A program made the position numbers and the translations under genes. Positions 13,338 to 22,466 of a stretch of 32,000 nucleotides of DNA are shown in pieces (the stretch's first letter is position 1; each line of letters opens with the position of its first letter). The stretch comes from Psychrobacter sp. HD31 (GTDB lineage Bacteria > Pseudomonadota > Gammaproteobacteria > Pseudomonadales > Moraxellaceae). Under the pieces are notes generated by a model. That model had not been told where the DNA came from and searched no databases. It saw nothing but the letters and a program-made list of their open reading frames with translations. The stretch spans positions 1,650,001 to 1,682,000 of the forward strand of contig NZ_CP142525.1 of assembly GCF_051097895.1 (NCBI RefSeq), in the 5' to 3' direction.

Positions 13338-15340
13338 CACTCACCACCTTTTTTCATCATTTCCATGGCTTTCATAAAGTCGTCGTCAAAATCACTGGCA
13401 ACATCAGTTTCAGCTTCAACTGCTACCGTTTTCTTGCGCAGGGTGTTGCCTTCCGCAATTACCATCTCAATTAAGTTTGGTACGTTTAGCAATTCTTCTT
13501 CTGATTCTGGTATCAAGTTTGCAAGTTCTTTAACCCCCATAGACTGCTGGGCTTTAGCCATTGCTTTTTCAGCTTTAACATACTGTTTACGTGCTTTATC
13601 ATGCTCACGACCTTTTGCTTTATCGCCAAATGCAACTTTTTCAGTACATATTGCTTCAGCTAAAAAACGGCCATCTAAGCTATACACCCAAACCGTGTTA
13701 TGTAGTTGTTTAGGGTCAAACTTAACAACCACTTTTTTATGGCCGCTACCAATCAAGTCCACCGCTTCATATCTGTTTTTCTGGCCATGTACTTTGCCGC
13801 CACAACTCAGCGTAAATGTGCCATTGTTTTTAAGCGTAACCGCTTCACTCATTAGCATTAATAGGCGCATTTGTTCAGGGGTTGCTTTGCGTATGGTTGC
13901 GTTGGCATAATCACGCTCAAATATTTGACTAAAGCTGTATGTTCCCTGGCAAATCTCGGTATTACGTTTCTCTCGGTTGTTCCAAAGCTCAATACCTTGC
14001 TCAAGAGCAGTGATAAAGTCTTCATAAGCAACACCATCTTTACCGCCGTGGTAATTGTCTGGTTTATCCATCACGTTAGCACCGGCATGGTGTCCAGCAA
14101 GCAATGGGTGCTTATCCACTGTTTCACCCAAGCCACCGTGCGAAAAAGCACGTTCAATAGGTTTAGCTTGCCCGTGCCCTTTACCAAACTGCACGCTAGT
14201 CCAAAATAGCGTCATGCCAAGTAAAGGGATAATACCCATAGGGTCATCTTCTTTAACTTTAAAGCGGTAACGGTTTTTAACGCCGCCTGTCATCCACTTG
14301 TTAGCAGCTGCTCGTGTGTTATCAATCGTCACTTTGCGTGGTATGCCAAACTTACTAACTACGTCCATAAGTGCTAGGCGTATAACATCACTGTTTTCGC
14401 TTAAATCAGTACGGTAAGCTAGTATTTTTCGAGTGCGTACGTCTTGCCATAACCAAGTTTTAGGTCGCACAATTTCACCATTGTGCCAACGCACAAATAC
14501 GTTATGCTGATAACCATCGCCGTTTATCCACTCTAAAGCTTCTAAACCATCAACACTTCGCATCATAGCTGGGTACATTTCAGCCAAAGCACGTTCGCCA
14601 TCCCTCAACATAATTTGTTGCGTTTTTGGCACTTCACGCTCTAGCTTGCGTTTGATGCTACTAAGACTTGGGACAGTCCAGCCGTGTTCATTGGCAAGTA
14701 GTTTCAAACGTTCATAACAAGTACCCATTTGTGGGCGTTCAGGGCGTAAATAGTCAGCTTTAAACGCTTGCCATGCTTCCTCGCTAAATTCAGCTTGGCG
14801 ATTGCTACTTTTTTTATAGTTACCAAGCAGAATAGGCATCCAGTCGCTACGCTCAAAGTTGCGTACCTTGTAAAACCAACGCCTTAACGAGCCTTTACTT
14901 ACGCCATTATCTGTTGATACTTTTTCTATCGCTTGTACTGTACCCATGCCAGCATTAATTAAGTCATCAACAGCAAAACAACAGGCAACAGAGTCTTCAG
15001 CTTTCTTTTTTTGTTTATCGGTTGCACTTTCCCAACCGCTCCAAATTACTTCTGGTAAATAGTTGGCTTGTTTTGGTTGGTTGCTGTTAGGTTGGTTTTT
15101 ATCAACCGCCTTAGCTTGTTTTCTTGCCGCCTTTTTAGCAGTTTTAATGTGTATTTCATTTTGAACATCTTGCGGTAAACCCTCAAAAGCGTATTCAACA
15201 CCACCACCACGACCTGACCGTTTTCGGTTTTTCCAATTACTTTTTTTTGCCCGATTAATGACACCCGCTTTAGTATTTGGTAAAATTGTTAAATTAAGGT
15301 CAGCCAATTCTTGAGCATTTAACCAGTTTTTAACTTCCAT
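13337..15340 (-). CDS. MuA-type DDE transposase
   Basis: 667 aa from the ATG at 15340 (MEVKNWLNAQELADL..). It has an N-terminal Mu-type HTH (..GGGVEYAFEGLP..) and DDE core blocks (WINGDGYQ, TIDNTRAAANKW, GQAKPIERAF). The 50-codon upstream extension in the track overlaps ner and is rejected. Confidence 0.9.
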   Translation of the reverse strand: MEVKNWLNAQELADLNLTILPNTKAGVINRAKKSNWKNRKRSGRGGGVEYAFEGLPQDVQNEIHIKTAKKAARKQAKAVDKNQPNSNQPKQANYLPEVIWSGWESATDKQKKKAEDSVACCFAVDDLINAGMGTVQAIEKVSTDNGVSKGSLRRWFYKVRNFERSDWMPILLGNYKKSSNRQAEFSEEAWQAFKADYLRPERPQMGTCYERLKLLANEHGWTVPSLSSIKRKLEREVPKTQQIMLRDGERALAEMYPAMMRSVDGLEALEWINGDGYQHNVFVRWHNGEIVRPKTWLWQDVRTRKILAYRTDLSENSDVIRLALMDVVSKFGIPRKVTIDNTRAAANKWMTGGVKNRYRFKVKEDDPMGIIPLLGMTLFWTSVQFGKGHGQAKPIERAFSHGGLGETVDKHPLLAGHHAGANVMDKPDNYHGGKDGVAYEDFITALEQGIELWNNREKRNTEICQGTYSFSQIFERDYANATIRKATPEQMRLLMLMSEAVTLKNNGTFTLSCGGKVHGQKNRYEAVDLIGSGHKKVVVKFDPKQLHNTVWVYSLDGRFLAEAICTEKVAFGDKAKGREHDKARKQYVKAEKAMAKAQQSMGVKELANLIPESEEELLNVPNLIEMVIAEGNTLRKKTVAVEAETDVASDFDDDFMKAMEMMKKGGE

Positions 15341-15374
15341 AATCTTTTTCCTGTTAAAACCTGAATATAAATGT

Positions 15375-15605
15375 TTACGAATAACGGCTTGCCCAAATAT
15401 CCTTTGGCTCAAGACCCATTGCATCAGCAATGATTTTCTCAGCACGAGGATAAGGACGATACAAAGCATTGCGTAGGGTTCCTCTTGCAAGGTTGTTTTC
15501 CTCTGCTAACTTTGAGAAATTGGTACCAGCCTTACGAAGTCCTGCATTAATATCTGCGTTATGCCAGTCACTCGGCATATTTTTTTGGCTTGTATTAGAA
15601 CGCAT
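15375..15605 (-). CDS. ner: Ner-like DNA-binding protein (Ner/Nlp family)
   Basis: 76 aa: DWHNADINAGLRKAGTNFSKLAEENNLARGTLRNALYRPYPRAEKIIADAMGLEPKDIWASRY, closely matching the Ner family pattern. Confidence 0.85.
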   Translation of the reverse strand: MRSNTSQKNMPSDWHNADINAGLRKAGTNFSKLAEENNLARGTLRNALYRPYPRAEKIIADAMGLEPKDIWASRYS

Positions 15606-15637
15606 TAGTTAATCCTTATCAGTTACTGTATGCGGTT

Positions 15638-15666
15638 ATTATAAACCGTAAAGTGTTAACTGTAAA
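15638..15666 (-). promoter_or_regulatory. candidate early promoter (Pe): -35 TTTACA, 17-bp spacer, -10 TATAAT
   Basis: On the minus strand TTTACA is at 15666-15661 and TATAAT at 15643-15638 with a 17-nt spacer. The promoter is about 30 nt upstream of the ner ATG and overlaps an operator repeat. Confidence 0.55.
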
Positions 15667-15814
15667 TACATAAAATACACTTTACAGTAAATTATTATGA
15701 TATTTTTAACCTTAATGTGCTAATTAATTGATTTTACTGGTGTTTTAAAAACTGTAAAGTGTGAATTTAAAAATATATACTTTTTACAGTTCCCAGTATT
15801 TAACTGTAAAGTGT
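15646..15814. promoter_or_regulatory. operator array: reiterated ACTGTAAAGTGT motif between the divergent repressor and ner genes
   Basis: Copies are at 15646-15656 (cCGTAAAGTGT), 15677-15688 (inverted), 15751-15762 and 15803-15814. Degenerate half copies lie at 15658-15670 and 15781-15790. Confidence 0.7.
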
Positions 15815-15827
15815 TAATGGTGGCATT

Positions 15828-16493
15828 ATGAACAGAGAAATCATCGGCAAACGATTGAGAGAAACTAGAGAGAGCCTAGAACTAACTAGAAAAGAAGTTA
15901 CGGACTTGGTCAGCATTGGTACAACAACATTGCAACAGTGGGAGACTGGAGCGAGAGAGGCGTCACTCGAAATAATAGAAGAGCTTGCAAAGCTTTATAA
16001 AACCACACCACAATATATTATTTTTGGTGATGACAACTACACACCTAAAATAGACCCATCAGAAAGCTGTGAGTACATATATATCCCATTTTATGATATA
16101 CAAGCCAGTGCAGGCTTAGGTTTATTTACAGATGGTGCAGTTGAGCCTAGCAAGCATCTTGCATTTCGTCATAACTGGGCAAATGCCAGAGGTTTACAGG
16201 CAGACAAACTCGTGGCACTACTGACCAAAGGCGATAGTATGCAACCTACGATCAAAAATGGTGCGGTTATCATCGTTGACACAACAGACAACAACCCAGC
16301 AGACGGCAACCTCTACGTTGTCCGCATTGCAGATGAGCTTTACGTTAAGCGCATTCAAAAAATACCGCTCGGCATACGCCTTATCAGCGACAATAAAGCT
16401 GTCTATGCACCGCTTGATATTAACTACAGCGACTATACAGATGATCAGCTGCAAGTATGCGGTCGCATAATTCATACTAGCCACGATTTATAA
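15828..16493 (+). CDS. prophage repressor, XRE-type HTH plus S24 (LexA/CI-like) autopeptidase domain
   Basis: 221 aa. The N-terminal HTH is LTRKEVTDLVSIGTTTLQQWETG, the candidate Ala-Gly cleavage site lies in IQASAGLG, the catalytic Ser is in GDSMQPT and the Lys is in YVKRI. Confidence 0.85.
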   Translation: MNREIIGKRLRETRESLELTRKEVTDLVSIGTTTLQQWETGAREASLEIIEELAKLYKTTPQYIIFGDDNYTPKIDPSESCEYIYIPFYDIQASAGLGLFTDGAVEPSKHLAFRHNWANARGLQADKLVALLTKGDSMQPTIKNGAVIIVDTTDNNPADGNLYVVRIADELYVKRIQKIPLGIRLISDNKAVYAPLDINYSDYTDDQLQVCGRIIHTSHDL

Positions 16494-16562
16494 TAGGCAT
16501 AAAAAAAGGCAGCATTTAACTACCTTTTAAAAATCATTTAAACGCCTTTTAAACGCAAATAT

Positions 16563-16728
16563 AACATTCCTATTTTAACTGGCTATATATCCCTAACTGG
16601 GCTTTAGTGTTAAAATGGGAATGTTTTTAAATATAGCGTTTTACAAATCTTCAAACACTTTACCACGGGGCTTTCTGGGGTATTCCTCCCGGTTATTCCC
16701 ATGTTATTTAATGTATTCCCATATTTAG
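16563..16728. repeat. prophage terminal repeats (putative transposase binding sites) with core ATGGGAAT / ATTCCCAT
   Basis: aacattcctattttaac (16563-16579) and its 16/17 inverted partner gttaaaatgggaatgtt (16609-16625), plus gtattcctcc (16680-16689), ttattcccatgttattt (16693-16709) and gtattcccatatttag (16713-16728). A TTTAAACGC x2 repeat is at 16537-16556. Confidence 0.65.
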
Positions 16729-17175
16729 TGGTTGGTTACGCAATCACTTGTTGCCCAGCTTGGTGGCTGGTCTCAATATATCTTGACGGTATCAATTTTG
16801 TTGTTTGCGTTAAGCTCTATCATGTACAACTATTATATGGGTGAAAATGCGGTACACTTTTTAGTAGGTAAAAATAGTAAATTACCTATTTTATTATTAC
16901 GTTTAACCGTCATTGCAATCTTGTTCTTGGGTGCAGCAGCACCAGCAGCAACGGCAGTATTCTTCTTTGCAGATCCATTAATGGGTGTGCTTGCCTTGGC
17001 TAACTTGTTGGCATTGATTATGTTATTCCCTCGTGCAAAACGTCTGCTAGACGACTTTGCTAGCCAGTTAAAGGCAGGGGTAAAACAACCAGTATTTGAT
17101 GCTCAGCAATATGAAAAATTAGATATTGATTTAGCTGCTTGGGGTAAAGATGCGATGGATAATAGCAATAAATAA
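16729..17175 (+). pseudogene. 3' fragment (~148 codons) of an alanine/glycine:cation symporter (AGCS family) gene, truncated by the prophage
   Basis: The translation ..VTQSLVAQLGGWSQYILTVSILLFALSSIMYNYYMGENAVHFL.. matches the conserved C-terminal AGCS region (..lFAfSTi..yyGE..). There is no upstream coding sequence, because phage end repeats start immediately 5' of it. Confidence 0.7.
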
Positions 17176-17203
17176 CCTTGTTTAATTAAGCAGTCTATAA
17201 AAA

Positions 17204-17231
17204 CCGTTTTTGCATACAAAAGCGGTTTTTT
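17204..17231 (+). terminator. rho-independent terminator after the symporter fragment
   Basis: ccgttttt-gcatac-aaaagcgg stem-loop followed by T6. Confidence 0.6.
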
Positions 17232-17446
17232 ATTATCTAGGATGCCATGGCAGGGGGCGATACAAATCTTTAAAAAGCAACGTTTTAATATTTTTTATGC
17301 GTGTATAAAAACGCTTGGTAGCTTGTTTAATCAAATTATCTAAACGTATTTTGTGGTATTCTAAATTGTTAAAAGGTGGGTGTTGCTATAGGGTTTAACA
17401 CCGCTGTTTATCTGTTTATATTACCTTTTTTTAATGATTAAATATT

Positions 17447-18040
17447 ATGAGTTACCAAACCTTAGCCAATGCTGTTACCGCCAGAATAGAAATTAAAAAG
17501 TCTGATTTTATTGCTTATGCTTATTCTGTGACATCCAGAGAACAGGCGATGACATATGTTGAACAACTAAAAAATCAATATCCAGATGCGCGTCATCACT
17601 GTTGGGCATATATTATTGGTGACCCAAGCAATACAACGAGTGCTGGCTTTGATGATGATGGCGAACCAAGTGGCACGGCTGGGCGACCGATTTTAAATGT
17701 ATTGCAACACAAAGCGATTGGTAATGTGATAATTATTGTTGTGCGGTATTTTGGGGGCATTAAATTGGGTGCTGGAGGTTTAACACGCGCTTATGCTGGT
17801 TCGGCACAGGCGGTAATAGATGAAATGAAGCTAGTGCCATACATCCCTATGGTTCAAGTGCAAATAGCGACTGACTATGCCCATGAAGCTCAAATACGCT
17901 ATTTAATCGGAACCGTTGCTGGGCAAGTTGATGATGTTACTTATACAAATGAGGTCATGGTAACGGCCACAATGGAAATGGCTAAAGTGCCTGAGTTTGC
18001 TGAAAACTTGGGCGTAAGTGGTCGGATTTTGGAGCAATAA
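17447..18040 (+). CDS. yigZ: IMPACT/YigZ family protein (UPF0029)
   Basis: 197 aa. The segments KKSDFIAYAY...ARHHCWAYIIG...DDGEPSGTAGRPIL..VVRYFGGIKLGAGGL are typical of YigZ. Confidence 0.8.
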   Translation: MSYQTLANAVTARIEIKKSDFIAYAYSVTSREQAMTYVEQLKNQYPDARHHCWAYIIGDPSNTTSAGFDDDGEPSGTAGRPILNVLQHKAIGNVIIIVVRYFGGIKLGAGGLTRAYAGSAQAVIDEMKLVPYIPMVQVQIATDYAHEAQIRYLIGTVAGQVDDVTYTNEVMVTATMEMAKVPEFAENLGVSGRILEQ

Positions 18041-18108
18041 TTTAAGCGATTTTTTGCTAATGCTGCTTGAACAAAAGCGTACTATCGTAAAACCAGTCGA
18101 TAAATCGA

Positions 18109-18342
18109 CTAATTGTTAAAATTAACCACACCAATACCTGCGTTGGTAACATGGGTGTTCGCTTGTTGCACTTCGCCTTCTGTTGGTCGACGTTCGTTAT
18201 GTCCACATGCTAGGCACTCAATATATTCATCAAATTCAGGTTCAAAAATCTGTATTTGTACAATTTTGTCCATCGCCTCACATTTTGGGCATTTTACGCC
18301 AGCTAAAAACTGGCGTTTGGGTTTGGTTGACTGGTATCGCAT
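18109..18342 (-). CDS. yheV: YheV-family zinc-ribbon protein
   Basis: 77 aa: KRQFLAGVKCPKCEAMDKI...YIECLACGH, the same architecture as E. coli YheV. Confidence 0.7.
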   Translation of the reverse strand: MRYQSTKPKRQFLAGVKCPKCEAMDKIVQIQIFEPEFDEYIECLACGHNERRPTEGEVQQANTHVTNAGIGVVNFNN

Positions 18343-18383
18343 TTTTAGTCTCTTTGCCTTTGCAGGAATAACGCATTAACAGG

Positions 18384-19691
18384 CTACAATGCTTTTTGTA
18401 AAACCTTAGAATTACGCCCATTGTTATATTCAATGCGGCGTTCGGCAGGTAATTTATCTGATTCTACTTCAACAAAGCCTTGCTCTATAAACCAATGAGC
18501 CGATTGTGTGGTTAGCACAAATAGTTTTTTTAAGCCCAAGCTGCGTGCTTGTTGTTCTAAAAATGCTAATAAGTCAGCACCGCGGCTGCCATTTCGGTAA
18601 TCTGGGTGGATAGCAACGCTTGCTACCTCGGCAGAGCTGTTATCAAGTGGATGTAAGGCAGCACAACCTAAAATCATGCCATCCCGCTCAATTACGCTAT
18701 AGCTATCGATTTCTTGTTCTAATCGCTCTTGCGTGCGCGTAATTAAAATACCTTGCTCTTCGAGCGGTTGTAGCAGACGCAGTAAGCCGACAACATCGGC
18801 AATGCCTGCATGTCGTATCTCTTCATATGGGTCATGGCTGACTAATGTACCAGAGCCATCTCTGGTAAATAGCTCTTGCAATAAAGCGCCATCTTGTACA
18901 TAACTGATGATATGCGTGCGATGAACATTTTTACGGCAAGCCTCTGCAGCACAATATAAAAAGTAGTTGATGTCTTGGTCTAATGGTTTATTACGTAAAA
19001 AGCGGTCTATTTCATTAGGGATTAAAGCAGACAATAGACGACCATTATCGTTAATACCGTCTTCTTCACTCAAAAATATGAGTTTGTCTGCATTTAAGCT
19101 AATGGCAGCGTTAAGTGCCACATCTTCAGAACGCAGGTTAAATACCTCACCCGTTGTTGAATAGCCTGTTGAGCCAAGGATAACAATGTGGTTGTGGCGT
19201 AAGTTGTTTTTAATGGCATCAACATCAATAGAACGCACTTCACCAGTCATTTGGTAATCCACACCATTATGGACACCATAAGGTCGTGCTGTTACAAAGT
19301 TGCCAGAAATCGCATCAATGCGAGAGCCATACATGGGTGAATTTGCTAGACCCATAGACAATTGCGCTTCAATTTGTAAGCGAATAGAGCCAACGGCTTC
19401 AAGAATATATGGCATGGCTTCACGAGGTGTAACTCGCAAGTCATTATGCAGGGGGGATGTTTGCTCAAACTTTTTAAGATTTGTCTCAATTTGAGGACGA
19501 GCACCGTGAACCAGCACAAGTTTAATACCTAAGCTATGCAAAAGCGCAAAATCATGGATTAATGAGCTAAAGTTTTTGTGCTCAACCGCCTCACCGCCAA
19601 ACATGATGACAAACGTTTTGCCTCGGTGGGCATTAATATAAGGTGCTGAGTTTCTAAACCATTGAATATATTCGGATGTAGTTTTTGACAT
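18384..19691 (-). CDS. argA: amino-acid N-acetyltransferase (N-acetylglutamate synthase)
   Basis: 435 aa from the ATG at 19691 (MSKTTSEYIQWFRNSAPYINAHRGKTFVIMFGGEAV), with an amino-acid-kinase fold followed by a C-terminal GNAT domain. The 48-codon upstream extension in the track is rejected. Confidence 0.85.
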   Translation of the reverse strand: MSKTTSEYIQWFRNSAPYINAHRGKTFVIMFGGEAVEHKNFSSLIHDFALLHSLGIKLVLVHGARPQIETNLKKFEQTSPLHNDLRVTPREAMPYILEAVGSIRLQIEAQLSMGLANSPMYGSRIDAISGNFVTARPYGVHNGVDYQMTGEVRSIDVDAIKNNLRHNHIVILGSTGYSTTGEVFNLRSEDVALNAAISLNADKLIFLSEEDGINDNGRLLSALIPNEIDRFLRNKPLDQDINYFLYCAAEACRKNVHRTHIISYVQDGALLQELFTRDGSGTLVSHDPYEEIRHAGIADVVGLLRLLQPLEEQGILITRTQERLEQEIDSYSVIERDGMILGCAALHPLDNSSAEVASVAIHPDYRNGSRGADLLAFLEQQARSLGLKKLFVLTTQSAHWFIEQGFVEVESDKLPAERRIEYNNGRNSKVLQKAL

Positions 19692-20056
19692 ATTGCTATC
19701 TGTAGATAATAAATAAAAGTGAGTCTTTACTAAATATATAAGTATGTAAAAAGTTAGGTACGGTCGTCTGCCGTAAATTAACAGCGATAAACCATTATTA
19801 TAACTGTTTATATGGGTCATCGCACACCATATCATGGTTTACCTTAACAAAATATTACCAATACAGCCATCTTTTATTTTGTATTTTGTTTTATTTGCTG
19901 AAAGTAGTAACATGAGACTGTAAAAAACCTAGGGTAGGATACATAACATAAACAAGTGCTTTGCACCAGAGTAAGTCAGTTTTGTTATGCTGGTTGTCAA
20001 CAAAACCAAAAAGTGCCAATAACTTTTAGTCAATTTATTAAATAGGGAAAACCTTT

Positions 20057-20665
20057 ATGAAAAAATTAAGTGCATTAATGTTAGGGATGGTACTAAGCGG
20101 GCTGCTAACGACCACAAGCCAAGCAAACGCCGTATTGCCAACAGCCGATACAACAGGTGTTGAGGGTGCCCAAACATCACAACCAATCGTATTTCAAAGC
20201 TTGCCAACACAAACATCTAACTCACCAAAAATGATGAACAAGCCGGTAACTCAATCGCTGCCGTCTTCTTCTCAAGACATTGCTGTTAATGTGAAGGCCT
20301 CTTTAGTTAGTAAAAACGGAGCAGGGCAAGAAGTATTGACGCCCATTACCCGATCTACCCAGTTAGGGCGAAACAGTATTATTGAATATACTGCCGAATT
20401 AACCAACAATAATGCAGAGCGAGTTGGCAATATGGTTGTGACCATGGGTATCCCTAAAGGTACCACCTTGATTGGCAACACAGTGCCTAATTTTCCTAAA
20501 GCGACAACAGATGGCAATATTTACTCTACTGTACCGTTGCAAACGGTAGTGAATGGGCAGATGCAGGCAGTACCTTTGTATCAATACAAGGCATTGCGTT
20601 GGCAATTGTCTAATATTGCTGCTAATGATTCAACCAAAGTGGCTTATCGTGTTAAACTCAATTAA
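20057..20665 (+). CDS. secreted protein of unknown function
   Basis: 202 aa with the signal peptide MKKLSALMLGMVLSGLLTTTSQANA. The C-terminal half is beta-rich and possibly Ig-like, but I am not confident of that. Confidence 0.6.
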   Translation: MKKLSALMLGMVLSGLLTTTSQANAVLPTADTTGVEGAQTSQPIVFQSLPTQTSNSPKMMNKPVTQSLPSSSQDIAVNVKASLVSKNGAGQEVLTPITRSTQLGRNSIIEYTAELTNNNAERVGNMVVTMGIPKGTTLIGNTVPNFPKATTDGNIYSTVPLQTVVNGQMQAVPLYQYKALRWQLSNIAANDSTKVAYRVKLN

Positions 20666-20680
20666 TTGTTTTATAAATAA

Positions 20681-20711
20681 AAACCTTGAATGTGATGTTC
20701 AAGGTTTTTTG
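20681..20711 (+). terminator. rho-independent terminator
   Basis: aaccttgaa-tgtgatg-ttcaaggtt followed by a T-run. Confidence 0.75.
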
Positions 20712-20766
20712 TTTTTAATGTTATAGTTGGCTACAAACATAAGCCGATACAACAGAGATTACCCTG

Positions 20767-21762
20767 ATGACTAACGCATTTACTTTAAAAGAATTTTACA
20801 CACCAAAGTGGCTGTCTAACCCGCATTTACAAAGTATTTTGCCAAAATTTATTGCGCCCAAAATGCCAGATTACCGTCGTGAACTGGTGAAAGACTCATT
20901 AAATGAAAGTGAAGTTGCTTATGACTTTTATGATGTTGAAGATAGCAAAAATGAACATGGAAAATATCGAAAGCCGTTGATTGTGCTGTTTCATGGATTA
21001 GAAGGTGGCAGTGATAGCCATTATGCCCGCAGTTTAGCACATGTGGTGCATAAGCAAGATTGTCATTTTGTCGTGCCGCATTACCGCAGTTGCGGCGGGG
21101 TGTCTGTTTCTGGCAATGTCTTTTACAATGCAGGTGATACGACAGAAGCGCATCATGTGTTAAATAAGTTGGGCGTAGATTATACGACGATTTTTGTGAT
21201 TGGAGTATCGTTGGGTGGCAACGTACTGGCAAAATATATGGGTGAATATGGCGATAATACCGTATGTGAAGCGGCGGTTGTTGTATCTGCCCCTGTTGAT
21301 TTAGCATCTTCAGCGATTGCAATGCAAAAATTTGTAGGTAAAAGAGTCTACACGCCATATTTGCTTAAACCTCTGCTGCAAAAAGCACTAGAAAACAACT
21401 TGCCAAAAGAAGAGTTTGAAGCCGTCATGCAAAGTAAAACGGTAAGTGACTTCGACCACGTATTTACAGCGCCAAGGCATGGTTATCGATCTGCTAACGA
21501 TTATTATAATCAAGCATCTGCATTGCCTTTTTTAAGTAAAATTACCAAGCCAACCTTAATTGTTACTGCAAAAGATGACCCGTTTTTAGGGTTAACGGCA
21601 ACTCAGCAGGATGTATCACCAGCGGTAACATTACTTGATACCCAACACGGTGGGCATATCGGATTTATTCAGTATCGCTCAAAAGCCAGCCCAAAACAAA
21701 AATTAGATTTAACCTGGTTGCCTAATACCGCATTAGACTTTTTTAAGCGACATAGCAAATAA
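20767..21762 (+). CDS. alpha/beta-fold hydrolase, YheT/ABHD1-3-like
   Basis: 331 aa with an HGLEGGS oxyanion region, the GVSLGGN nucleophile elbow and a late GGHIGF His motif. Confidence 0.7.
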   Translation: MTNAFTLKEFYTPKWLSNPHLQSILPKFIAPKMPDYRRELVKDSLNESEVAYDFYDVEDSKNEHGKYRKPLIVLFHGLEGGSDSHYARSLAHVVHKQDCHFVVPHYRSCGGVSVSGNVFYNAGDTTEAHHVLNKLGVDYTTIFVIGVSLGGNVLAKYMGEYGDNTVCEAAVVVSAPVDLASSAIAMQKFVGKRVYTPYLLKPLLQKALENNLPKEEFEAVMQSKTVSDFDHVFTAPRHGYRSANDYYNQASALPFLSKITKPTLIVTAKDDPFLGLTATQQDVSPAVTLLDTQHGGHIGFIQYRSKASPKQKLDLTWLPNTALDFFKRHSK

Positions 21763-21784
21763 AATAAACAGCAAAGGAAATTAA

Positions 21785-22330
21785 ATGTATCCATTTTTTA
21801 GACTGGTTAAAACGGTAGCAGCAGCTGCCAATGCACGACGTAAAGGTGAAAAACTAGCACTGACTGATACAGGGGAAATAGAGTTTACCAGTAGCTTAAT
21901 AGATTTAGATATTTTTTTAGAAATGAACAATGGACGAGTGCTAACGCTGTATGACTTAGGACGTAACGACTTTGCTTTGCGCAGTGGCTTAGGCAAACCC
22001 TTGTTAAAAAAAGGTTGGAGCTTTGTTGTAGCGGGTACGAATATCCAATATCGAAAACGTGTGCGAGCATTTAAAAAAATTACCATTAAAACTAAGGTAG
22101 CAGGGTTTGATGATAAATGGATTTATATGCAACAGTCTATGTGGGTAGAAGGAAAGCCTGCTTCATCGGCGTTGTTCCGTACTGCTGTGACGAGCGTAAA
22201 AACAGGCAAAGTAGTTGAAATACAAGAAATACTAAATGAGCTGGGCATGCCAGATTTAAAAATGCCATTAACAGGTTGGATGAAAACTTGGGCTGAGTCG
22301 GATGAACTAAAACCATGGCCACCCACTTAA
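21785..22330 (+). CDS. hotdog-fold acyl-CoA thioesterase-like protein
   Basis: 181 aa. The pattern EMNNGRVLTLYDLGRNDF...VVAGTNIQYRKRV..F..I.. is typical of 4HBT_2-type thioesterases. Confidence 0.55.
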   Translation: MYPFFRLVKTVAAAANARRKGEKLALTDTGEIEFTSSLIDLDIFLEMNNGRVLTLYDLGRNDFALRSGLGKPLLKKGWSFVVAGTNIQYRKRVRAFKKITIKTKVAGFDDKWIYMQQSMWVEGKPASSALFRTAVTSVKTGKVVEIQEILNELGMPDLKMPLTGWMKTWAESDELKPWPPT

Positions 22331-22466
22331 AATAAGTCCCTGCTTTATTTTGTAAGTAAATGGTGATTATGGTTTGCTTATATTGTTTGCTAGAGATATA
22401 ACAGAAGGTGTAGATAGATGTCTTATCTGCTTAAATTTTAATTTTATGATTTAGCAAGGAGTCATT

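Larger units (their letters stand above)
1..16728 (-). mobile_element. Mu-like transposable prophage (repressor end through head genes); it extends beyond the window start, and the right boundary is approximate (16721-16731)
   Basis: Gene order is collinear with Mu: c/ner/A/B/gemA/mor ... lys ... D/E(gp27/gp28)/H/F/I/T. Terminal reiterated repeats lie at 16563-16728. The flanking host transporter gene is truncated exactly there. Confidence 0.85.

Noticed and set aside
15341-15490. N-terminal 50-codon extension of the transposase ORF (track start 15490), which overlaps ner.
   Set aside because: The extension overlaps the ner coding region in another frame and has an odd composition. The Mu-type HTH begins right after the ATG at 15340, which follows the ner stop by 34 nt.
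15728-15812. Attempt to assign the repressor (Pc) promoter, for example TTGATT at 15728-15733 or TTTACA at 15783-15788 with TAAAGT.
   Set aside because: No candidate has both an acceptable -10 and acceptable spacing. Only the operator array and the Pe promoter are reported.
16720-16721. The CA dinucleotide considered as the canonical Mu-type terminus.
   Set aside because: It is not adopted as the definite end. It lies inside the outermost repeat copy (gtattcccatatttag), and placing the junction there leaves an in-frame TAG (16726-16728) in the supposed host transporter sequence. The junction is therefore reported as a 16721-16731 range.
19692-19835. N-terminal 48-codon extension of the argA ORF.
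   Set aside because: The extension is low-complexity and AT-rich (..YILIYLVKTHFYLL..). The conserved ArgA N-terminus (MSKTT..FRNSAPYINAHRGKTFV) starts at the ATG at 19691.
19692-20056. Search for an ArgR (ARG box) operator upstream of argA.
   Set aside because: I found no TGAAT-N-ATTCA-type palindrome by eye in the divergent intergenic region.
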